From a virus (lineage: Duplodnaviria; Caudoviricetes), in the IMG/VR virus record IMGVR_UViG_3300025679_000005: a DNA stretch of 64,000 nt, one strand, 5' to 3'. The translations under genes were made by a program, and so were the position numbers. Under the pieces are notes generated by a model. The model had not been told where the DNA came from. It worked only from the letters and a program-made list of their open reading frames with translations, and ran no database searches. Numbering within the stretch: the first letter of the stretch is position 1; each line of letters opens with the position of its first letter. Shown in pieces: positions 57,368 to 64,000 of this stretch.

Positions 57368-58033
57368 GTGCTCAAGGACGACAAGCTCTTGAAGGCTTGG
57401 CGGAAGTGCACGGTCATCGTCAGTGAGAAACTTGACGGTTCCAACACCGGAGTCAGCTTCAGCCCTGAGGGTCTGCTGATCCTTCAGAGTCGGGGCCACG
57501 TGCTCACAGGAGGCGCCAGAGAGCGTCAGTTTGAACTATTCAAGCAATGGGGCCACTCCAACATCGACGCCCTCTACGGAGCCATAGGGAGTCGTTACGT
57601 CCTGTTCGGTGAATGGCTCTATGCCAAGCATAAGGTCTTCTATGATGCATTACCCGGGTACTTCATCGAGTACGACCTGTACGACAAGGAAGCCAAGAGG
57701 TTCTTGACGACGCCTCAACGAGCGGAGATCATCGGATCCTTGGGAGTCCCCTCGGCGCCGGTATTGTTCGAAGGAGTGTTTGGCAAGGTCAACAACTTCG
57801 TGCAATACGTCGGACTGTCCGCGTTCAAGACGCCTAAGTGGCGATCCCATTTAGGTTCCCTCGAAGGAACTGACGACAGCTCGTGGATGGAAGGGATCTA
57901 TATCAAAATCGAGGACGACTTTGAGGTTGTCGGGCGGATCAAGTTTCCTCGCCCGGAATTCGAGAAGATCCGGGATGACGACACGAACTGGCTGCGTCGA
58001 CCGATCGTGAAGAACCTGCTCCGTCAGGGGTGA
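57368..58033 (+). CDS. RNA ligase (ATP-dependent nucleotidyltransferase, Rnl2-like)
   Basis: EKLDGSN (motif I), LFGEWL, FIEYDLYD, EGIYIK. Confidence 0.85.
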   Translation: MLKDDKLLKAWRKCTVIVSEKLDGSNTGVSFSPEGLLILQSRGHVLTGGARERQFELFKQWGHSNIDALYGAIGSRYVLFGEWLYAKHKVFYDALPGYFIEYDLYDKEAKRFLTTPQRAEIIGSLGVPSAPVLFEGVFGKVNNFVQYVGLSAFKTPKWRSHLGSLEGTDDSSWMEGIYIKIEDDFEVVGRIKFPRPEFEKIRDDDTNWLRRPIVKNLLRQG

Positions 58034-58335
58034 CAGAGGTCGCAGCCGGGACTGCTGCAAGCGCAGTATGGCTTGAGTTTTGGCTGTGGAGGTTCTTTAC
58101 CGCTACCTTCGCAGTGAGGACACTCCATCATGAGCCTGGAGTTCATGGGCACATGCACCTGTTTTTTGCCTGCGCAGCGACCACAAGGTGTTGAGGACGC
58201 TACAGGGAATGGCAAGGATAGCTGCGGGCAGGTCAGGTGCTCGGCCTTGAACTTGTCCACAGAGGCGAGGACCCCGCTCAAAGCTGCCGGCATTTTCAGT
58301 GCTTCAGAGACGCCGCACTTCTGACAATGGAACAC
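58024..58335 (-). CDS. Cys-rich Zn-finger protein (DnaJ-like CxxCxG repeats)
   Basis: CQKCG, CGRCAG, CPHCEGSG. Confidence 0.6.
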   Translation of the reverse strand: MFHCQKCGVSEALKMPAALSGVLASVDKFKAEHLTCPQLSLPFPVASSTPCGRCAGKKQVHVPMNSRLMMECPHCEGSGKEPPQPKLKPYCACSSPGCDLCHP

Positions 58336-58343
58336 CGGGGGTT

Positions 58344-58366
58344 GTCTCAGCGTACTGAGCAATCAA
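58344..58366 (-). repeat. 23-bp leader repeat, copy 2
   Basis: TTGATTGCTCAGTACGCTGAGAC just downstream of GGTGTATACC. Confidence 0.9.
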
Positions 58367-59318
58367 ATATTGGTATACACCGCCGCCCCTGTCTGGAAAA
58401 TTAGTACCGTCACCAGGCCAGCGTCTTCACCGGGTATCGGTTCTCCTAGATTACCATTTCCAACTTACGCCTTTCAACGTGTGGGGTTAGCCCGCTTGCG
58501 CGGGCAATGGGGTTTCTAAAGTTCCACCTGCTCAGCCGACCTGATGACTAAGCTTGACCACGTCTAGCTCGGGGCAAGCCTAGTTGGATTCTACCATAAC
58601 TTCGGGAGTTTGGAAATTAGTTCGAAGCAGGCCATTGAAGGATTGTACTTGAACCGACAGCCAGTCTTAGTGTCCTTAAGGATAAGGGACACTAACTGCT
58701 CACTCTGTTTCCGGACGTAGGTTTCCGCAGACAATTCGTCGTGAAACATGCTGACCATTCGACCCCTGAGGTCGAGGGCCCAGTATCTGAAAGGCAGATC
58801 CATCATCCGAGCAGGTGTATAAGCAAAGGCTTCAGGCAGCTTTGCGCGGTTTACGACAGGGCTCTTTTTTAGGGTCGGCCAAGAATCTGCCGCGCACATC
58901 CAAGGCAACAGCTCTTCGAAGAGCCTTGAGAGCATTCCATAGCTCTGGCTTTTTCTCCCAACGGATGGCCAAACGCTCGACATTCCAGCAGGTTGGCTTA
59001 CACCACCTCTCGATTGGAAATAGCTGACCGTAAAGAACGCAGCCCTTCAAAGCACACCCCACCTTAGGGTTCTCTCCCATGGGATCCAAGATTCGTGCAG
59101 GGAAGTTGCAGAACGGGCACTGGGCGGGAAGGCCCTCTGGCCCGTGCGCCCACACGAATTCGGCCTCATCGCCTTGACCGTAACCCCCTGTCAGACCTCT
59201 TGTAGCAGATGGTGCAGTACATGGAGTAGCCCGTTCGCAGGCTATAATTAGTGTAGGGCACTTCTCCACAGCAGAGTTTCATGGGATGTTTTTACACCGG
59301 CTTAGATAGGAGGTCCCC

Positions 59319-59588
59319 ATGGAATTTAGAGCGGAGGCTAATCTGCCTGAGGAAGAACTGCTGGAGATCGGCACGTACCTGGGCGGGATACTCGCAAGCG
59401 AGTTGAGGCTCCAGCCATCGGAGGTGGTGGTCAGGGTTGAGATGAAAGAATCCCCCGACGATTCGGAGAACATCGATATCTATTATCGCATCACCATCAA
59501 AAATCGCACCCCCAATGAGTTGGAGATGTTTCAGGCTCAGCAACTATTCGAAAAACTGATGGGTTATGACGAGACGATGCTCAATTAA
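59319..59588 (+). CDS. Acidic hypothetical protein
   Basis: GGAGG Shine-Dalgarno upstream. Confidence 0.65.
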   Translation: MEFRAEANLPEEELLEIGTYLGGILASELRLQPSEVVVRVEMKESPDDSENIDIYYRITIKNRTPNELEMFQAQQLFEKLMGYDETMLN

Positions 59589-59608
59589 GTGCTAGACTAC
59601 CTACCCCA

Positions 59609-60802
59609 ATGATCCGTTCCTTTCGTTACCAACTGCATCCAACGAGGGGTCAGGAAGCGACCATGAGGGGCTGGCTTCTCACATGCGGCAGTCTTTACAA
59701 TGGAGCCCTGGAAGAGAAGAAGTCCTCGTGGGTCAGGCTCAAAAAGGGCGTTTCCTACAATGATCAGACCCGGTCACTGACTCTCATCAGATCTCAGGAT
59801 CCTGCTTTTGAAGTGATCCCAATGATGGTGCTGAGATCAGCGCTTAAGCGACTTGAACCGCGGGAAGCCTGGTGTTTCGCCAGACTTTAGGCGTCGGAAG
59901 AATCCGTCGAAGGAGCGATCAAAGGTAGCAAGAGGTATGATTCATTTTCGTTGATGAGATCCTCTAAAGTACTCCCCAAGATCAAAGAACGCTCAGCCCA
60001 AGTCAAAATCCCCAAATTGGGTTTGGTGAATTTCAATCAGTACCGCCCTCACAAGGGAACGATCAAGGACATCCTCGTCAAGCGAGAAGGGGATCGCTGG
60101 TTCGTGATTTTCCAGTGCGATTTGGGAACCTCCCCAGAGACCGTTGTCGACTCCACGAAGTCCGTCGGTATCGACCTGGGACTCACCCATTTCGCGACTC
60201 TGGATTCCGGTGAGACGATCGAGAACCCCAGGTTCTTCAAGGCGGGGCAGGAACTTCTGGCTCGGCGGCAGCGTGCCCTGCAACGCAAGCGCAAGGGCAG
60301 TTCTAGTCGGAAGCGGGCCAAAATCCTTGTCCAGAGGGCTCACGCTCACATCAAGAATCAGCGATTAGATCACGCTAGGAAGCTGGCAAAGTCACTCTTC
60401 AGTCGGTTTGACGTTGTCTGTTACGAAGACCTCACGATCCAGTCAATGATCGAAGGTTCTTATCTAGCGAAATCAATCGTAGATGCGTCCTGGTCAATTA
60501 CAATCCACTGCCTAAAGTGCAAAGCGGAAGAAGCTGGCAAATTAGCGGTAGGGGTAGATCCAAGAGGGACCACACAGAGGTGTCATGCCTGCGGAACCGT
60601 TGTCCCCAAGGGACTCCGTGACCGCGTCCATGATTGCCCAGAGTGCGGCCTCATCATGGATCGTGACCAGAATGCAGGATGTAACATCAAAGCGCTCGGT
60701 TTGAGCGTGGTCAGTGGTCGATTTGACCAGCCGAAGTCCATAGGATCCTCAGATTTTATGGGCAAAACCCGGACACGAACCTGCTCAAAGACAGCAGGTT
60801 AA
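59609..60802 (+). pseudogene. tnpB: TnpB copy 2, interrupted by a 62-bp internal inversion
   Basis: The reverse complement of 59857-59918 encodes the missing (D)RSFDGFFRRLKSGETPGFPR(F); re-inversion restores a 397-aa ORF. Confidence 0.9.
60689..60789 (+). ncRNA. omegaRNA scaffold plus putative guide of TnpB copy 2
   Basis: Same hairpins; scaffold ends GCAAAACC at 60769. Confidence 0.65.
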
Positions 60803-61110
60803 TTAAGGCTGTTGGCGTATTGGGGGTAAGCTCCCTTGGCTTCCAAGATCGCCCGCTCTTCCGCCGTGAACAAGTTGGCTGGGATGATTCGTCGAACGAA
60901 CTCATCTGCGGCCAGCCTACCCTCTTGAAAAAGCGTAGCGGCCTCGTGGAATCTATCCCAGACGGCCTTTTGCTTGTCGTCAGGCAACTGTTCGACCACT
61001 TTGCTGATGGATTCCATCACGTCTGACGCATCTGACGCATTTGACGCATTCGAGCTGGGGATCATTTGTTCTTTCGAGCTTGCAGGGTCATGCGCTGGAC
61101 AGCTAGACAT
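60799..61110 (-). CDS. Hypothetical protein
   Basis: Convergent with tnpB copy 2; in-frame 9-bp repeat. Confidence 0.5.
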   Translation of the reverse strand: MSSCPAHDPASSKEQMIPSSNASNASDASDVMESISKVVEQLPDDKQKAVWDRFHEAATLFQEGRLAADEFVRRIIPANLFTAEERAILEAKGAYPQYANSLN

Positions 61111-61963
61111 TCGTTCACTAGAGACTTAGCGGCCTCATCCACGGGGCCGACGTTGCCCGAAGTGATACCGCGCTCTAAGAGGTTCACGAGCTTGGTTGAA
61201 AGTTCTCGCACTCTGGAGGCCTTCTGTAGACTCTCTTGCGATGGCATTGACTTGGCTGTGTGGGAGGCGCCTGCGAGAATGCTTGAGGCGGTTTCGAAGC
61301 TTTTTCTAGCTTCGACCGCATCTAGAGCCGCAGGGAATGCGCTAACGCTGTGACGGCGACTCATGGGAAAGGCCTTTTAGTTGTTGTGACGGGCATGTCC
61401 TCTGATACGGCCAAGTCTATGGAAGACTTAAGCGAATGTTTCGGGAAAGTCCGTTCGACCTGACCTCGATGCTCAACACAGGTAGGGCAATTCACCTCAT
61501 GGGCGTTTAGCGTATCCTCAAAGGACAGCCATTTATGACCGTTCGGCCATTCCGCAGGGACTCCAGGCATCCCGCAGTAGGACCTACCATGCCTGAGAAT
61601 GTGAACGACGGTCATGTTTGGAACTACACCGGAAAGGGTGTAGTATCCCCCATGGATGAAGAAGCAGCTCTTGCCTGGGGACAGGACTACGCCGATCCCT
61701 GCAGCCCCAACCCGTTGATCGCAATCGCCTCGGGCGTAGCCCTTCTGATTGGAGGCGTGTTCTTCCTCCTAGGGTTGGGAGTATTCATGGTCCTGGACCA
61801 AGGGAAGCTTTTGTTAGGTGCCAAAAACCGCCAGTAGTCCCAAGATGAAGAGTGCTACCATGAACCCGTGCCAGAAGCCGTCCTTATAATTTTCCATGAG
61901 TGAAAGGCTAACGCCCACTGTTGCAAGAGGCAAATTTATAGAGTACAGTGAGTCCCCATTTCT

Positions 61964-63152
61964 ATGGATCGTTCCTACCGATACCCCCTGCATCCGACGA
62001 AGGGCCAGGAAGCGACCTTGCTTCACTGGCTTCGCGTGTGCTGTAGTCTCTACAACGGGGCTCTAGAAGAACGTAGGGGTTCTTGGAGTCGACTCAAAAA
62101 AGGGAATTACCTACGTTGATCAATCAAAGTCCTTGACCACCATTCGCGGGCAAGACCCTGAATTCGAAGCTATCCCCGCTTCTATCCTGAGGTCTCCTTT
62201 GAAACGCTTGGATCACTCCTACAAGGCATTTTTCCGCCGCGTGCAGTCTGAGGAAACGCCTGGCTTCCCACGGTTCAAGAGCAGCAAGCGTTACAACTCT
62301 TTCTCGCTAATGATATCAGCCTCTAAGGTCGTCCCAAAGACCGAAGGATCATCAGCCTTAGTGAGAGTCCCAAAATTAGGTCTTGTTAAGTTCAATCAGT
62401 ATCGACCACATCTTGGGAAGATCAGAAATACCGTTGTCAAGCATGAGGCCGGTAAATGGTTCGTGATCTTCCAGTGCGATTTGGGAACCTCCCCAGAGAC
62501 CGTTGTCGACTCCACGAAGTCCGTCGGTATTGACCTAGGGCTCACCCACTTCGCGACATTAGACTCCGGTGAGACGGTCGAGAACCCCAGGTTCTTCAAG
62601 GCGGGACAAGAGACCCTTGCGAAGCGCCAACGCAAGCTATCGCGTAAGCGCAGAGGCAGCAGGTCTAGACAACGGGCTAAGACCCTCGTTCAAAGAGCCC
62701 ACCTTCATATCAAGAATCAGAGGTTAGATCACGCTAGGAAGCTGGCAAAGTTTCTCTTCAGTCGGTTCGATGTGGTCTGTTACGAGAACCTTCAGATAGC
62801 AAACATGATTCAGGGAAACCTGAGCAAGGCAATCTCGGATGCGGGTTGGTCTATACTCCTCAAGTGCCTAAGATGCAAAGCTGAGAATGCTGGCAAACTG
62901 GCAATTGGGGTTGATCCAAGGGGAACCACACAGAGGTGCCATGGGTGCGGGGAGATCGTCCCCAAGGGACTTCGGGTCCGCGTCCACAATTGCCCTTTCT
63001 GTGGTCTCGTCATGGACAGAGATCAGAACGCTGCCCTAAATATCAAAGCGCTCGGTTTGAGCGCGGTCAACGGCCTGCAAGGCCAGCCGAAGCTTAAGCT
63101 AGAAGTTTTAAGCAAAACCTCAGAAACCTTCTTTGTAGCGGATCCTTTGTGA
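61964..63152 (+). pseudogene. tnpB: TnpB copy 3 with a +1 frameshift in an A6 tract (62096-62101)
   Basis: MDRSYRYPLHPT frame stops after KKG; removing one A gives KKGITYVDQSKSL, matching the other copies; RuvC D/E/D intact. Confidence 0.88.
63045..63139 (+). ncRNA. omegaRNA scaffold plus putative guide of TnpB copy 3
   Basis: Same hairpins; scaffold ends GCAAAACC at 63119. Confidence 0.65.
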
Positions 63153-63415
63153 TCCAATACTTCGGTTGGGCGGCCGCTACGCTATTCACGATTGCCTCAG
63201 GGCTTCAGGTCATCAAAGTATGGCGAGAAGGCCAGGCCAAGGGGATGTCCTGGTGGTATCTCCTTCTAGTCTGGACGGGCTTTTGGCTCATGGGTGCGTA
63301 CACCATCCACACCAAAGTAGGCAGTGCTCTGATCTACAGCTACGGCCTCCAACTAGTCGCTTTCACGGTCATGATCGTTCGAAAGCTATTCCCCACTGCC
63401 GGAGTTGGTGTATAA
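63149..63415 (+). CDS. PQ-loop / SemiSWEET-like membrane protein
   Basis: Three TM helices; GWAAATLF...LQVIKVWR...AKGMSW pattern. Confidence 0.7.
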   Translation: MIQYFGWAAATLFTIASGLQVIKVWREGQAKGMSWWYLLLVWTGFWLMGAYTIHTKVGSALIYSYGLQLVAFTVMIVRKLFPTAGVGV

Positions 63416-63419
63416 TCCC

Positions 63420-63442
63420 TTGATTGCTCAGTACGCTGAGAC
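63420..63442 (+). repeat. 23-bp leader repeat, copy 3
   Basis: TTGATTGCTCAGTACGCTGAGAC 3 nt after GGTGTATAAT. Confidence 0.9.
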
Positions 63443-63485
63443 AGCTGGATGATGCCCCCAGCAAAGAGAAAGCAAGTAAGTCAGA

Positions 63486-63929
63486 ATGGGAAACAGATTG
63501 TTCGTAGGAAACCTCTCGTACAACACGAATGAGGCTAGTTTGTCGGAGATCTTCGCCAAGTGTGGGTCGATCACCAGCACCAAAATCATCACGGATCGTG
63601 AGACCGGTCAGAGCCGCGGATTCGGCTTCGTCGAGTTCGCTACCGACTCGGAAGCTGCCGGCGCCATGGAGTCCCTGAACGGGGCCCTCTTGGATGGCCG
63701 TCCCCTGGCCGTCAAGGAGGCAGAAGCCCGTCCCCCGCGCCAAAGTGGCGGTGGTGGTGGCTACACCAGCAGGCCGTCCAGTGGTGGCTACTCCAGTGGT
63801 GGCTACTCCAGTGGTGGCGGTGGTTATGCAGCCTCCCCTCCTCCCGAGCTGCCTCCAACCGGTGGCCGCAACAAGGGTGGCGGTGGCAAGCAGCGTCGTG
63901 ACCGTGATCGCAGTGACCGCGACTACTGA
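63486..63929 (+). CDS. RRM (RNP-1) RNA-binding protein with Gly-rich tail
   Basis: RNP2 LFVGNL, RNP1 RGFGFVEF; SSGGY repeats. Confidence 0.93.
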   Translation: MGNRLFVGNLSYNTNEASLSEIFAKCGSITSTKIITDRETGQSRGFGFVEFATDSEAAGAMESLNGALLDGRPLAVKEAEARPPRQSGGGGGYTSRPSSGGYSSGGYSSGGGGYAASPPPELPPTGGRNKGGGGKQRRDRDRSDRDY

Positions 63930-63943
63930 TCACGTAGTCGAGT

Positions 63944-63985
63944 AGCAGAAAAGGGCTGGCAGAGGATGCTAGCCCTTTTGCTTTT
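63944..63985 (+). terminator. Intrinsic terminator
   Basis: AAAAGGGCTGGCA/TGCTAGCCCTTTT stem plus T tracts. Confidence 0.8.
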
Positions 63986-64000
63986 GTGGTGTAGGATCCT

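Noticed and set aside
58541-58590. Hammerhead ribozyme suggested by CTGATGA on the plus strand
   Set aside because: No GAAA core follows the candidate stem II, and the stem pairs better on the minus strand.
61021-61050. Short in-frame tandem repeats (9 bp here; 15 bp at about 3900 and 63775; 18 bp at about 26953)
   Set aside because: Ordinary in-frame coding micro-duplications with no sign of a regulatory or diversity-generating role.
62093-62106. Programmed -1 frameshift at A6G in tnpB copy 3
   Set aside because: The heptamer is out of phase and the shift needed is +1, not -1.
1-64000. Alternative genetic code (stop-codon reassignment) as in some jumbo phages
   Set aside because: Recognisable genes translate full-length with code 11, and TAG, TGA and TAA all terminate genes at sensible, tightly packed positions.

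Overview
This looks like the accessory region of a large (jumbo-type) phage. It is densely packed with short hypothetical ORFs, has no bacterial housekeeping operons, and a tail-fibre-like gene runs off the left edge. An ECF sigma factor, an RRM protein and Cys/Gly-rich lipoproteins suggest a Myxococcota-like host (inference). Recognisable genes: FliA/WhiG-like and ECF sigma factors, a tandem-domain HNH endonuclease, a SWIM+DDE transposase, three TnpB cassettes (one intact, one broken by a 62-bp inversion, one by a +1 frameshift), KptA, an RNA ligase, an HD hydrolase, a class II aaRS-like/MazG-like pair, a C39-like peptidase, and DUF4375-like, PQ-loop and RRM proteins. Patterns that gene annotation does not explain: (1) at least 11 otherwise dissimilar proteins share a C-terminal peptide tag, [ST]x[WY][DE]RLx[DE]PL[VL]; (2) a motif TTAAC-N16-CGTT, 18 near-exact copies plus about 10 variants, sits 34 nt (one copy 35) upstream of the start codon wherever one follows, like a leaderless ECF-type promoter; (3) the three TnpBs carry a covarying omegaRNA scaffold ending in AAAACC, each followed by a different putative guide; (4) a perfect 23-bp leader hairpin occurs three times; (5) several structured ncRNA candidates, including a tRNA with a truncated anticodon arm. 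All family assignments are from motif recognition by eye, not from database searches.
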